Source: Dehalococcoidia bacterium
GTDB taxonomy: Bacteria > Chloroflexota > Dehalococcoidia > Plut-88900
DNA length: 64,000 bases
Direction of reading: 5' to 3'
NCBI GenBank assembly: GCA_965249275.1
Contig: CBDFLQ010000006.1
Location: 224,001 to 288,000 of the forward strand
Part shown: positions 31,068 to 41,150 of the stretch, one piece after another
Layout of the letters: each line of letters begins with the position of its first letter
Position numbering within the stretch: the stretch's first letter is position 1
Translations under genes and position numbers: made by a program
The notes under the pieces: generated by a model
Told to the model about the DNA's origin: nothing
Database searches by the model: none
What the model saw: the letters and a program-made list of their open reading frames with translations, nothing else

Positions 31068-32677
31068 AAGGGCGCGGGCATCGGCCCGAGCGGCACCTCG
31101 ATTAGCACAGGGCTGTCCAACTCGATGGCCTTATTGAGCGCCGAGCCCAGCTCTTCCGGCGACTCTGCCTTCATCCCGACAACCCCATAGGCCTCGGCCA
31201 GTTTCACAAAGTCCGGGTTCTTCAACTCGGAGCCAATTGTCCTGCCGTTGAACATCTCTTTCTGGTCTCGCAGCACGTTCCCGAACGCCCCGTCATTAAA
31301 CACGATGCCGATTACGTTAATCCCGTACTGCGCCGCCGTAGCCAGTTCCTGCGAGTTGTATAGGAATCCCCCGTCCCCGCACGGAGACACGACCACCTTT
31401 TCCGGCTGAGCAACCTTCGCCCCGAGAGCCGTCGGGTAAGCAAACCCCAGGTTCCCCGCATACGACGACGTGAAGTACGTCCGCGGCTCATAAGCCTGGT
31501 AATAGGCCCTTGAATAATATCCGACCTGCGTCATGTCCGGCACAAGAATCCCGTCCTCTGGTATGCACTCCCTGATCGTCCGCACAAACCCACCCAGGGG
31601 CTCGACCTGGTTTGCTGGGTCGTAGCGCTGTGCCCTGAGCGTCTCGCATTCCTCCCTCCGAGAGTCCGCCGGAGGGCCCACTTCCCGGCACCCCTCCAGA
31701 ATTCTTTGCAGAGCCAGTTTGGCGTCTCCAGCCACACCTACGGTGTCGGTATGGTTACGCCCTATCTCCTGCTCGTCGATGTCTATCTGCACCACCCTCT
31801 GCCCTTCCAGCGCCTCCACCCCCGCAAATCTCGTCCCCACTGCCAGAATCACGTCCCGCTCCCAGAAATACATCCGCAATGCATCCCGGGTCTGCCCCGT
31901 AGAACGCCCCCTCGTAACCCCTATCGAAAGAGGGTGCCTGTCAGAGATCGCACCTTTCCCCTCCGGCGTCGTGATTACGGGCGCCTGCAGATACTCAGCC
32001 AACGCCAGCAGCTCATCGCTCGCCCCGGAGGAATGCACCCCACCCCCCGCCCAGATCACTGGTCTCTCCGCCTCCATCAATACAGCAACCGCATCCTCCA
32101 CCTCGTCCTTTGTCGGCGCCGACTCAGCCTTCTTGGCAGAGCCGCACAATTCTATGTCTGCCACTTCAGCCAGCGTTTCCGGCGGGATCTCGATCTCCAC
32201 CGGGCGCGGGCGGCCGTTCCGCAATTGTCTGAATGCCTCTTGTACAGTCCCTGGCACCTCTACGGCATTGAGAATCCGTGCATTCCACTTCGTCACAGGG
32301 TCGATAATATCCAGCTGATCGTTGACCTCGTGCAGTATCCCCACGTCCCGACCAATGTTCTTCTTGTTTATCTGTCCCGAGATCAGCAGCACCGGCGAAG
32401 AGCACGCATATGCGTTCCCCAGCCCCGCCCCCGCGTTCTGGAGCCCGGGCCCCGGCACTACCATCGCAGTCCCGATCTGTCCCCCGGCCCTTGCGTATCC
32501 GTCTGCCATATACGTCGTCGCCTGCTCGTGTCGAGTGGTGATGAACCGGATATCCGGCATGTCGTACAGCGCATCCATCGCGTGGTAAAGCTGCACTCCC
32601 GGCAACCCGAAGATCACCCGTACACCCTCGTTATAAATCGAGCGGATCAGTGCCTGGCCGCCCGTCATCTCTGCCAT
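31064..32677 (-). CDS. Thiamine-pyrophosphate-dependent enzyme (acetolactate synthase-like)
   Basis: FGLPG, RHEQ...MADGYAR, GDGGF...N TPP motif. Confidence 0.92.
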   Translation of the reverse strand: MAEMTGGQALIRSIYNEGVRVIFGLPGVQLYHAMDALYDMPDIRFITTRHEQATTYMADGYARAGGQIGTAMVVPGPGLQNAGAGLGNAYACSSPVLLISGQINKKNIGRDVGILHEVNDQLDIIDPVTKWNARILNAVEVPGTVQEAFRQLRNGRPRPVEIEIPPETLAEVADIELCGSAKKAESAPTKDEVEDAVAVLMEAERPVIWAGGGVHSSGASDELLALAEYLQAPVITTPEGKGAISDRHPLSIGVTRGRSTGQTRDALRMYFWERDVILAVGTRFAGVEALEGQRVVQIDIDEQEIGRNHTDTVGVAGDAKLALQRILEGCREVGPPADSRREECETLRAQRYDPANQVEPLGGFVRTIRECIPEDGILVPDMTQVGYYSRAYYQAYEPRTYFTSSYAGNLGFAYPTALGAKVAQPEKVVVSPCGDGGFLYNSQELATAAQYGINVIGIVFNDGAFGNVLRDQKEMFNGRTIGSELKNPDFVKLAEAYGVVGMKAESPEELGSALNKAIELDSPVLIEVPLGPMPAPF

Positions 32678-32733
32678 TCGGTTTCTCCTGTTAAGTCCGT
32701 AATTTTCATGTTCGAAGCCCGCCCGTCAGCCCC

Positions 32734-33879
32734 CTACCTCGGAGCCAGGTTGTACAACCTGGCACAGTTCTCCCACAAGACCTTCCTCTTCGTCTCTTCG
32801 CTCACTTTGTCGTATTGCAGAAATGAGTCCACCGCATGTGGGTAGCTCGAGTCGGTATGCGGATAGTCGGTGGACAGCACCACGTTGTCGTCGCCAATCG
32901 CATCCACAAGATGGTGTAGTAGCTCACCGTCCGTCTCCGTCGACACATAGCACTGCCGCACGAAATACTCACTCGGCTTCATGTCCAGCTGGACTTCCTG
33001 GCTGTCCCCGTAGGTCTCCCACTGGTCGTCCAACCGGTATAGCACCCAAGGGACCCACGAGCAATTCCCCTCCAGAAACGCCATCCTGAGCCGAGGGAAT
33101 CTGTGCAACAGCCCGCCCGCCGTGACACATCCTATCGACAACATCAACGGAATGGGAAACGAAAACGCGTGCACGAGCACCAGGTTGTTCGGATGGTCCC
33201 GAAACCAGTTCCCTGGATTCTTAGCCGCAAACCCCTGCGACGTGTCGTGAAACGTGACTGGGATATCCATCTCCTGCAAGGTGTCCCATAGTGGGTCGCA
33301 TTCCTTGTCGTGCACCATCCGGTTATCGATCACCGTCGGCAGCAGCGTAACCGCCGTCATCCCCAACTCCCTGATGCACCTCCCCGCCTCCTCCACCGCC
33401 GCCGAAACGTCTGTCAATGCCAGAATCCCCGACCCCTTCAACCTCGCCTCGTCCACCGACGCGAATTCATGTAGCCAGTTATTGAACGCCCGGCACACAG
33501 CGAAGGTGTATCCGGGGTCCTGCCCGTCCACCTGTATCGCCATTTGTGCAAACGTGCGAAACAGGATCGCTACGTCGATCCCCTCCACATCCATCGCCCT
33601 GAGAGTTAGCTCAGCCGTATACCCGTGCTTCAGCTCCTCCGCGTAAACCTTCGACTTCCGGTCGTCGAGGCGCTTCCGAGAGACCATCTCCTTCTTGGTC
33701 CACTCCTCGGACACCGGGGCATCAGTCTTCACCACAAAGTCCTTGTGTCCGCTTTCCGGACGGGACATCCACACCGGCGCCGCCTCCCGATACCTCGGTT
33801 CGAGGTATCGCTCGTACATGTCGGGCGGCTCCATCACGTGGAGGTCGCTGTCGGCTACAAGGAATCCGTTTTTAGACAT
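32734..33879 (-). CDS. Amidohydrolase_2-family metallo-hydrolase/decarboxylase
   Basis: DSDLHVMEP, AFNNWL, FPRLRMAFLEG, STDYPH. Confidence 0.88.
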   Translation of the reverse strand: MSKNGFLVADSDLHVMEPPDMYERYLEPRYREAAPVWMSRPESGHKDFVVKTDAPVSEEWTKKEMVSRKRLDDRKSKVYAEELKHGYTAELTLRAMDVEGIDVAILFRTFAQMAIQVDGQDPGYTFAVCRAFNNWLHEFASVDEARLKGSGILALTDVSAAVEEAGRCIRELGMTAVTLLPTVIDNRMVHDKECDPLWDTLQEMDIPVTFHDTSQGFAAKNPGNWFRDHPNNLVLVHAFSFPIPLMLSIGCVTAGGLLHRFPRLRMAFLEGNCSWVPWVLYRLDDQWETYGDSQEVQLDMKPSEYFVRQCYVSTETDGELLHHLVDAIGDDNVVLSTDYPHTDSSYPHAVDSFLQYDKVSEETKRKVLWENCARLYNLAPR

Positions 33880-33948
33880 TGTGTAATGCAGGCCTGCACC
33901 CCAAGCACGGGTCTCCGGCTTGGGCTTGAAAATTCAGTTGAAACCCGG

Positions 33949-35178
33949 CTAGCTGCCGAGAATCTGCGAAGGAATAGACTTCTTAGGGTCCACGAACGGG
34001 ATCGGGACGATTGCAGCGTCCACGGGCCCATCATCCGGGAGCACCGCCTTCAGCTTAGTCCCCTCCGCCGTCATGTCTATCGGCATCATCGCCAGCGCTA
34101 TGTTGCAGTCTAGCCTCGGCGAGAAGAATGCGCTCGTGACGTACCCTACATCGTTCTCACCCGACTCATCTGTAACTATAAAGTAGTCCGGGTTGTACCA
34201 GGTTATCGGCGTGCCGCCCATCGCCAGGCCCACCATCCTCTGCTCTATCCCATCTTCCTTGATCTTAACCAGCGCTTCTTTGCCGATGTAGCCTTCTTTG
34301 TTGAAGTCCACCTGCCAGTCCAGGTTCACCTCGAACGGGTTTGTCTCGATGTCCATGTCCTGCCCGTAGGACAGGATGGCCGCTTCCAGCCGACGCACGT
34401 GGCTCGGAGCGATAACGTGCAGTTCGAACTCCTCACCCGCCGCAAGGACCGTGTTCCACATCTCGTCTGAATTGTCCACGGCGTCGTGCAGGTAGATTTC
34501 AAACCCCACCTCCGCCGAGAACCCCGTCCTCGAGATGTCCACCCGAAGCCCGTTCAGGTCCGTCTGCCAGATCGTGTAGTACTTCATGTCCATGATCCCG
34601 TCACCGAATAGCTTCCTCATCAGCTGTACCGACTTCGGGCCCTGGATCTGCACCGGCGAGATGTCGACCTCGCTGATGTCCACGTTAAACTCGCCCTTGT
34701 AGTTGACCCCCTGGCACCACAGCAGCACGTCAGAGTCCGAGATGCTGAACCGGAACTCGTCCTCCGCCGTCCTCAGCAACACCGGGTCGTTGATGATCCC
34801 GCCATTCTGGTTGCACAGGATCACGTACCGGGCCTTGTTCACCGGCAATTTCTTGTAAACATCCCTCGTGATCACCCGGTCCACAAACGCTGCGGCGTCC
34901 GGCCCCTTCACCTGAATCTGCCTCTCCACTGCCACGTCCCACATCGTCACGTGCTTGGTGATGTACTCGTACTCCTTCATCAACCCGCCGTCCTCGGGCT
35001 TCACGTACGCCCGAGGGTGGTAGGTGTGGTTATACGTGGCGAAAGCCCAGGCGCCTGCTTTCACCGCCAGGTGCCAGTACGGGCCCTTGCGCAGACGGGT
35101 AGTGATCTTGATCTTCGCATCCACGTCGCCGCTCTGCCTCATGTTCAGGGGCAAGGAACGCTTCTTCAATCGCAGCAT
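33949..35178 (-). CDS. GcvT-family THF-dependent aminomethyltransferase/demethylase (DmdA-like clade)
   Basis: YNH, WDVAVERQIQVKGPDA, INDPVLLR, ISDSD, QIQGPKS, RLEAAILSYGQD, NPFE. Confidence 0.85.
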   Translation of the reverse strand: MLRLKKRSLPLNMRQSGDVDAKIKITTRLRKGPYWHLAVKAGAWAFATYNHTYHPRAYVKPEDGGLMKEYEYITKHVTMWDVAVERQIQVKGPDAAAFVDRVITRDVYKKLPVNKARYVILCNQNGGIINDPVLLRTAEDEFRFSISDSDVLLWCQGVNYKGEFNVDISEVDISPVQIQGPKSVQLMRKLFGDGIMDMKYYTIWQTDLNGLRVDISRTGFSAEVGFEIYLHDAVDNSDEMWNTVLAAGEEFELHVIAPSHVRRLEAAILSYGQDMDIETNPFEVNLDWQVDFNKEGYIGKEALVKIKEDGIEQRMVGLAMGGTPITWYNPDYFIVTDESGENDVGYVTSAFFSPRLDCNIALAMMPIDMTAEGTKLKAVLPDDGPVDAAIVPIPFVDPKKSIPSQILGS

Positions 35179-35238
35179 TTAACCAGTCCTCCCGGTCTCT
35201 GGTGACCGTAGAATGTCCGGCCGCTCGGGTGCCGGCCC

Positions 35239-36405
35239 TCAGTTCAGGAACCCGTAGAGTTTCCCGGCATTTTCGTAGACCAGCTTATGTCTCATCTCTG
35301 CGTCAAGCATTCCAAGGTTACGCTCTATCGTTTCCATCGAATCCGGCCACACGCTGTCAGCGTGCGGGTAGTCCGACCCCCACAGCACGTTCCCCGTCCC
35401 AACCGATTCTATGACATCCGCGGTAAGGGGCTCATCCTGGAACGTCGAGTACCCGTGCTGTCTCCAAAGCTCGCTGGGCATGGCGCTCAGACCTAGCTGG
35501 AACAGCCGGTCTTCGTACTCCACGTCTATTCGATGAATCACGTAGGGCAGCCATCCTATCCCGCACTCACCAAGCACGAATTTGAAGTTCGGGAACAAGT
35601 CGCATGCCCCCGACAACAGCACGCTCGTCATGAACTCCGGCCCCGAGAGTTGGAACAGCGTGTACATCAACCCCAACGAGATAGTCTCGTACCGCTCATC
35701 CGCCCCCGACTCCGGCTGCCGGTAGTTAAGCCCGACAGTGTGGAAGGAGATCGGCATGTTGCATTCGCCCGCCGTCTCCCACAGCTCATTCCATTCTTCC
35801 TGGTAGATCGGCGACGACGCACTGGACACGTTCATCTCCGCGCCCTTCAACCCGAGGTCCGCAGCCCGTTTCAACTGCGCCGCAGCTATGGAAGGGCTGT
35901 GGCTCGATATACAGGCCAGCGCCGCTAGCCTGTCGGGGGCTGCTTTGCAAAAATCGGCAGCCCATTGATTGTAAATGTCATAGACACAGGTCAGAGCCTC
36001 TGGGCTCGATAGCCCGCCCTCCGCATCCGAGAAACCCGTAGACACCCCCAGGATTCCGTATATCACCTCGGCCTCTATCCCGTCGGCATCCTGGTCTTTG
36101 AGCCTGAGCTCAGGAGTACTGGGATGGAACTTACCCGCATCCGCATCCGAGAAAAACCCCATCTCCTCCATCCGGTCGAGCCGCTTCGACTTCCCCGGCT
36201 GGTACGGCTCGTAGGAGCCCGTCAGCGCCCCCGCCGCCACAAACCCGAAACTCGTATTCTCAGCCTTCCAGATGCGCCCTTGATCGGTATCCACCACCCT
36301 GGGCATTTTGTCCTTCAGGGAATCCGGCGCATTGGACACGAACAGGTCCTCCGGCAGCCACACAATGTCCATATGGGTGTCGGCAGAAATAACCGTCTGC
36401 TCCAC
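35239..36405 (-). CDS. Amidohydrolase_2-family protein
   Basis: ISADTH, DQDADGIEAEVIY, ISFH, WGSDYPH. Confidence 0.88.
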   Translation of the reverse strand: MEQTVISADTHMDIVWLPEDLFVSNAPDSLKDKMPRVVDTDQGRIWKAENTSFGFVAAGALTGSYEPYQPGKSKRLDRMEEMGFFSDADAGKFHPSTPELRLKDQDADGIEAEVIYGILGVSTGFSDAEGGLSSPEALTCVYDIYNQWAADFCKAAPDRLAALACISSHSPSIAAAQLKRAADLGLKGAEMNVSSASSPIYQEEWNELWETAGECNMPISFHTVGLNYRQPESGADERYETISLGLMYTLFQLSGPEFMTSVLLSGACDLFPNFKFVLGECGIGWLPYVIHRIDVEYEDRLFQLGLSAMPSELWRQHGYSTFQDEPLTADVIESVGTGNVLWGSDYPHADSVWPDSMETIERNLGMLDAEMRHKLVYENAGKLYGFLN

Positions 36406-36662
36406 GACTGTACCCTCCTCTCCTGATCAGGTAATTTGTCCAAGGCCCCGGGGCCCGACTCAACTTCTTAATAGCCCCGACTATCAGCTCAGCGCCGACA
36501 GTCGGCATATTGTATTCCCTACTTTCAATTAAAGAAATACCTAACTCAAATCCATTACTCTGAAAAACCATTCACAACCCATGTCTCGGGGCCAAAGACC
36601 GCTCGTGCTGAACCTGTTGAAGTAAGGGCGAAGGCTCGGAGTCATGCCCTCTCTCCCTTGAT

Positions 36663-36815
36663 GAGACCTTTGCATAATCCGTGCCGGAGGGGGCGGGGCC
36701 GCTCGTGCTGTCGTAGATCCGCCGAGGCGGGAGGCTCTCGAAGTATGAGCTGGGGAGGGAGGTAAGGTGATCTGGATGGCACCAATGGCTTGCTCTGCAA
36801 TTACGCAAAGGTCCC
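36663..36815 (+). mobile_element. ~130-bp TIR element (plus 21-nt insert) in loop of family D palindrome
   Basis: GAGACCTTTGCATAA...TTACGCAAAGGTCCC; flanks TTGAT/TCGAC. Confidence 0.8.
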
Positions 36816-36878
36816 TCGACGGGAGAGGTCTAGGGCCATAGACTCGCTGAGGCGAGTGAGCATGAAATCCCCACCCCC

Positions 36879-37352
36879 TCAAACAGTTGTCGCGCCCGAC
36901 GGCTGCGGCTCCCGCTCAATCAACTCCAACATGTTCCCATCCGGGTCGTACACATAGCACACCTTCCGCGCCCACGGGTACACCGCGCCGGGCCGCAGGG
37001 CCGGAGGATTCACGAACTCCATCCCCCGCCCCGACAGGTCCTCATAAAACGCATCCACGTCGTCGACTATTATTCCCAAATGCGCTGTCCCCACCCGATT
37101 CCTGGGATGCGTCGACCCCGCGATAACCGCAGGTTCCAAGAAATGCACAAGCTCGACAGCGTGCCGCAAATCATTCCCCAGGTAAACGACATGCACCTTT
37201 GCGTTCTCGAACCCCGTCAGCTGCGTAACAATGTCCCCTTCCAAAACCATGTTCCGCTGCTCCCTCAACCCCAGCACATCCCTATAGAAAACCAGCGCCC
37301 GCTCCATGTCCGACACCACAAACCCCGTATGGTTCATCCATTCAACCTTCAC
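36879..37352 (-). CDS. VOC/glyoxalase-family protein
   Basis: NHTGFVVSDMERALVFYRDVLG, HLGIIVDD, DPDGNMLELIE. Confidence 0.9.
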   Translation of the reverse strand: MKVEWMNHTGFVVSDMERALVFYRDVLGLREQRNMVLEGDIVTQLTGFENAKVHVVYLGNDLRHAVELVHFLEPAVIAGSTHPRNRVGTAHLGIIVDDVDAFYEDLSGRGMEFVNPPALRPGAVYPWARKVCYVYDPDGNMLELIEREPQPSGATTV

Positions 37353-37407
37353 AGATATCCTCCGACTCTAGTTCAACTTTACCTGCTGGGCCATTAGCCC
37401 CCTCCCT

Positions 37408-37431
37408 GTAGGGGCTACCGGCTGGTGCCCT
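37408..37431 (+). repeat. GTAG-type REP-like palindrome (GTAGGGGC-ACC-GCTGGT-GCCCT); second copy at 49809-49832
   Basis: GTAG tag followed by GC-rich hairpin, two similar copies. Confidence 0.6.
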
Positions 37432-37572
37432 CCCTGCGTCAGTCCTGCGGAGGCAGGTCTTAGATGCGCCGAGGCGTGAATTCATCCCTTCTCATTACTC
37501 CCACCAGCCCTAATTCAACCTTCCCTGCCAACGCTTCTCCACCTTCACCCGCGGCGCGGGCATTTCCCATAT

Positions 37573-37833
37573 CTAATCTAGTGGCGCGATCTTGCCCGGA
37601 GTTTCCTGTTCTTGCGCTCGTCGCCACGCTTCCCTTAGTTCTTGTTGATGAAGTCGCGTCCATTCCATGACCATGCCCCGTGCCCGGATGGGGAGTCGCC
37701 CTTGCAACACGACTGGTGGATCAATGCAGAAAACTGCTTGGTCACTTCCGTATCTGGCATGGAAATGCGGGGGAGCGTGGTCATCAAAATACATCTGAAT
37801 GATAATGCCGTAGAACCGGCAGAGTTCAGGCAT
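37573..37833 (-). CDS. DUF4160-family protein (putative TA toxin)
   Basis: MPELCRFYGIIIQMYFDDHAPPHFHARYG...EW...HQQEL...W. Confidence 0.88.
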   Translation of the reverse strand: MPELCRFYGIIIQMYFDDHAPPHFHARYGSDQAVFCIDPPVVLQGRLPIRARGMVMEWTRLHQQELREAWRRAQEQETPGKIAPLD

Positions 37834-37834
37834 T

Positions 37835-38113
37835 TTACAGAGCCGTCTGCGCTTCCGGCATTATCTCGACAAGAGACTTGCCTGTAATCCTCAAGTAAAG
37901 AGCATCCGGGCACAACTCAAGCTCCTCGCTCCAGGCAATTGAATCATATTCGGTTATACGCACCCCCTCGAAGCAACTGCGGTCGTTCCATGCCTTGAAC
38001 ACCCCCCGCCCCGCCAGATGCGATAGGTCTACCTCTCCTTCGACACCGTCCGAGTAACGTATCCATATCCTGTAGCCCGTTCTCGGTTCTACCGCTGTAG
38101 GTCTGATCATCAT
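37835..38113 (-). CDS. DUF2442-family protein (putative TA antitoxin)
   Basis: YRIWIRYSDGVEGEVDL...GVF...IAW...LELCPDALY. Confidence 0.85.
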   Translation of the reverse strand: MMIRPTAVEPRTGYRIWIRYSDGVEGEVDLSHLAGRGVFKAWNDRSCFEGVRITEYDSIAWSEELELCPDALYLRITGKSLVEIMPEAQTAL

Positions 38114-38125
38114 AGCCCTCCTTGC

Positions 38126-39016
38126 TTACCCCACCCCCAACACCCGACCCGCATTCCCGCCCATCATCAACTCCACCGCCTCCTCCGATATCTCGCACCC
38201 GTACTTCTTCCCCATCGACGGCAAATCATGGCACAGATCCACGAATCTCTTCAACGACATCTCTTTCCTGATCCCCGGAAAGTCGCTCGCCCACATAACC
38301 CGTTCCGCCCCGAGGCTTTGAATCATCTGATCAATTGCCCTGACCGTACCCTCTTCATCGGCCTTGAACCTCGCCTGCCACTCCGATATCTCCGGGTAGA
38401 TGTTCGGGTGCGACTTCGCCACAGTCACGCAGTCTTGCCACCAGTCCCCACCCGCGTGGCCCAGGATCATATCCAAATTCGGAAAGTCCGCCGCCACCTG
38501 ATCGAACTCCAGCGGGTGCGCCGACTTCCCATACAGCAATGGATGAAACCCCGGCCCCGAGTGGAACAGCACCGGCAGCCCGTTCGCCACGCAAATCTCG
38601 TACAACGCGTAGCAAGACCGGTCGCTGGGAAAGTATCCCGTCGTCGGGTGCAGCTTGATCCCCGACACCCCACCACCGTTCACCGCCGCCTCAAACTTCT
38701 CCGTCGACCCCTCCCTCTGTGGGTCAATGCCGTAAAAAGCGATCAGCCGGTCCGGGTACATCTCATGCGCCGACACCAGCATCGCATTCTCTTCCTCCAC
38801 CCCGACCTCCGTCTCCCCGAAACGCATCGCGAAGTCGGCCAGAATGATCACGCTCATGTCCACCGACGCCCCGTCCATCTCCTCGACAATCTCCCGCGCC
38901 GCCCGACGCCAGTCAAAATCAGAAGGCTCCGACCCTTCCCAACGCGGGTCGCCCGCAAACAGCTTCGGGTGCCGCTGGTCCGCAGACCACATATGCCGGT
39001 GTACATCAATAATCAT
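38126..39016 (-). CDS. Amidohydrolase_2-family protein
   Basis: IIDVHRH, GIKLHP, VLFHSG, ILGHAG, WASDFP. Confidence 0.88.
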   Translation of the reverse strand: MIIDVHRHMWSADQRHPKLFAGDPRWEGSEPSDFDWRRAAREIVEEMDGASVDMSVIILADFAMRFGETEVGVEEENAMLVSAHEMYPDRLIAFYGIDPQREGSTEKFEAAVNGGGVSGIKLHPTTGYFPSDRSCYALYEICVANGLPVLFHSGPGFHPLLYGKSAHPLEFDQVAADFPNLDMILGHAGGDWWQDCVTVAKSHPNIYPEISEWQARFKADEEGTVRAIDQMIQSLGAERVMWASDFPGIRKEMSLKRFVDLCHDLPSMGKKYGCEISEEAVELMMGGNAGRVLGVG

Positions 39017-39107
39017 CTTCCAAATGCTCCCGTTACCCTATCTATGTGACACCTTCGCATAACCGTCATCCCCCCTCCCACTAGGAACCCGTTCCCCGGT
39101 TGGGGGG

Positions 39108-39142
39108 CCGCTCACCCTGAGCCCCGTCGAAGGGTCGAGCGG
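39108..39142 (+). repeat. Family B REP-like hairpin (CCGCTCACCCTGAGCCCCGTCGAAGGGTCGAGCGG); similar copies at 40998 and 49890
   Basis: Direct sequence comparison. Confidence 0.8.
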
Positions 39143-39155
39143 GGGGTTGTCCCAT

Positions 39156-40661
39156 TCAACCAACAATCGCATCTATCGCCTGTTCCAACTTCCCCGCCGA
39201 CTCATCAAGCCTGCGCTTCCTCCCCTCCACCGACTCCTCATCTTCCCGAAGTCGCGCCTTGTACTCCACCATCCTCCTACGGCACTCCTCGGGAGCCGGG
39301 CCCCCGTACAGCGTCCGACGCTCCACGAACGCCATCGGGTCCAACGCCCGAGTCAGGGCTTCCTCACTCAATCCGACACCCTCCCCCATATACTCCACGG
39401 CCGCCTCATCCAAAAGATCCGGAGTCACGTCCCGAGGCCGGATCCCCCGCTCCTCCGTGAACCTCACCAGTATCCCCACTATCTGGTGCGCAGTCCTCCA
39501 CGGCAATCCCTTCTCCCTGACCAGTGCACCCGCCACATCCGTCGCCTGCGCCCAGTGCGCCCCCGCCATCTCCCTCATACGCTCTCGTTTCACCTCCAGC
39601 GCCGGCATCAGCTCAATGAACCATCCCAGGTTCCGAATGGCCATGTCGAACGAGCGGAATAGAGCGTCATCCATGTAGCGAAGGTCCATCGTCGGGTCCC
39701 CACTCGCCGCCTTCTGTACTGCGAACGAGGCCACCAGCCCGCCCATCGCATCTGCCACGGCTCCACGCACGTATTCCAGGCTGTCCGGGTTCTTCTTCTG
39801 CATCATTATGCTGCTCGTCCCGCAGAACCGGTCCGGCACGTCGATGTACCCCGCCTCCGACGTGAACCAGAAGTTAAGGTCCGACGCCCACCTTGAAAGG
39901 TTCAGGTGCACCGAGGCCACCGCCATGAAGGTGTCCAATGGCGTGTCCTCGTTGAGAATTGCGTCATAGGTATTGGGCAATACACCGTCGAACCCCATCA
40001 GTTCCGCCGTCCGATGCCTGTTCAACGGAAAGTCCGACCCAGTCATTATCGCCGACCCCGCGGGGCTCTGGTTTGCCCAGCTATACGCAAACGCCGCTCG
40101 CCCAAAACACCGCTCCAGGCTCGACGTCCAGGCTAGCAGTTGATGGCCTAACGTTGTAGGCTGGGCGTGCTGGCTATGCGTGTACGCCGGCATCACCGAT
40201 TCCAGGTTCTCACCCGCCACCTGCAGAAACACCCCCCGAAGCCGGTTGATTTCCCCCATCAGCGTGATCAGCCCATCCCGTTGCCGGCACCGACGCCACA
40301 CCGCATGCAGGTCCCCCGAGCTCCGGCCCAGGTGCATCCTCCCCCCCACCTCCTCCCCCAGCCGCCGTATCAGAAAATACTCCCCTGAATGCATCGCACC
40401 CCCCGCCTCCAACCTCGACTCCACAATCTTGTCCGGCTCAGTGCTCCTGAGCTCCTTCAGCATCAATACCACATCGAACTTCGGGATTAGTTCCTCCTCC
40501 GCCAGCATCACCAAGTGGGCTTTGTCGAACAGGTGATAGGGATAAAGAGCCCCTTCGTCCTGCCCCTCGGAGAAAGATGGGAGACCTGCCAGCATAGGCT
40601 CCATCAGCCGGATCCCCGCCGTCCGGTATCCCTTGTATTCCTCCTGTTTCTGCTTTCTCAC
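39156..40661 (-). CDS. Argininosuccinate-lyase-like C-N lyase (fumarase/aspartase superfamily)
   Basis: HLGRSSGD, MPAYTHSQHAQP, GTSSIMMQKKNP, LPWRTAHQIVG. Confidence 0.85.
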   Translation of the reverse strand: MRKQKQEEYKGYRTAGIRLMEPMLAGLPSFSEGQDEGALYPYHLFDKAHLVMLAEEELIPKFDVVLMLKELRSTEPDKIVESRLEAGGAMHSGEYFLIRRLGEEVGGRMHLGRSSGDLHAVWRRCRQRDGLITLMGEINRLRGVFLQVAGENLESVMPAYTHSQHAQPTTLGHQLLAWTSSLERCFGRAAFAYSWANQSPAGSAIMTGSDFPLNRHRTAELMGFDGVLPNTYDAILNEDTPLDTFMAVASVHLNLSRWASDLNFWFTSEAGYIDVPDRFCGTSSIMMQKKNPDSLEYVRGAVADAMGGLVASFAVQKAASGDPTMDLRYMDDALFRSFDMAIRNLGWFIELMPALEVKRERMREMAGAHWAQATDVAGALVREKGLPWRTAHQIVGILVRFTEERGIRPRDVTPDLLDEAAVEYMGEGVGLSEEALTRALDPMAFVERRTLYGGPAPEECRRRMVEYKARLREDEESVEGRKRRLDESAGKLEQAIDAIVG

Positions 40662-40834
40662 TCAGACGCTCCTTTCCCAGACCATTCACGACCCCTGACT
40701 CCGACGGTATCCTACATTCTAACCGCCGCCCTCTCAACAAACGCCCACCCCCAACTCACGCTGAAACCCTCCGTCATGCCAATCGAACTACGTCCTTCCT
40801 AGCCATACCACTCCCCTACCCCCTGACATCCACA

Positions 40835-40859
40835 ATTCCGAGGCTCCGCGAGGAATCTA
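40835..40859 (+). repeat. Family A REP-like repeat, copy 3
   Basis: ATTCCGAGGCTCCGCGAGGAATCTA. Confidence 0.8.
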
Positions 40860-41150
40860 GGATTTGCCCACTCACACGTTCTTCGCCAAAACTGTGAGCC
40901 TCCAGCCCCAAGCAACCGTGCCCGCTCATGTTTTCGTAGGTGCGCCGTGCTGAAAATCCGCCTTCGTCGGAGCATAAACCCCTCCCCAGCGGCGGGGTCG
41001 CTCACCCTGAGCCGCGTCGAAGGGTCGAGCGGGGGGGCGGCCTCGCACTGCCAATCCGTCGCGTCCATCCAGTGATCCTATGCTTGACTCCCTCCACGCA
41101 CACGAGTAGCTTTTCACACATAACCCTTGCCAGCACCAAGGAGCCCAGCC

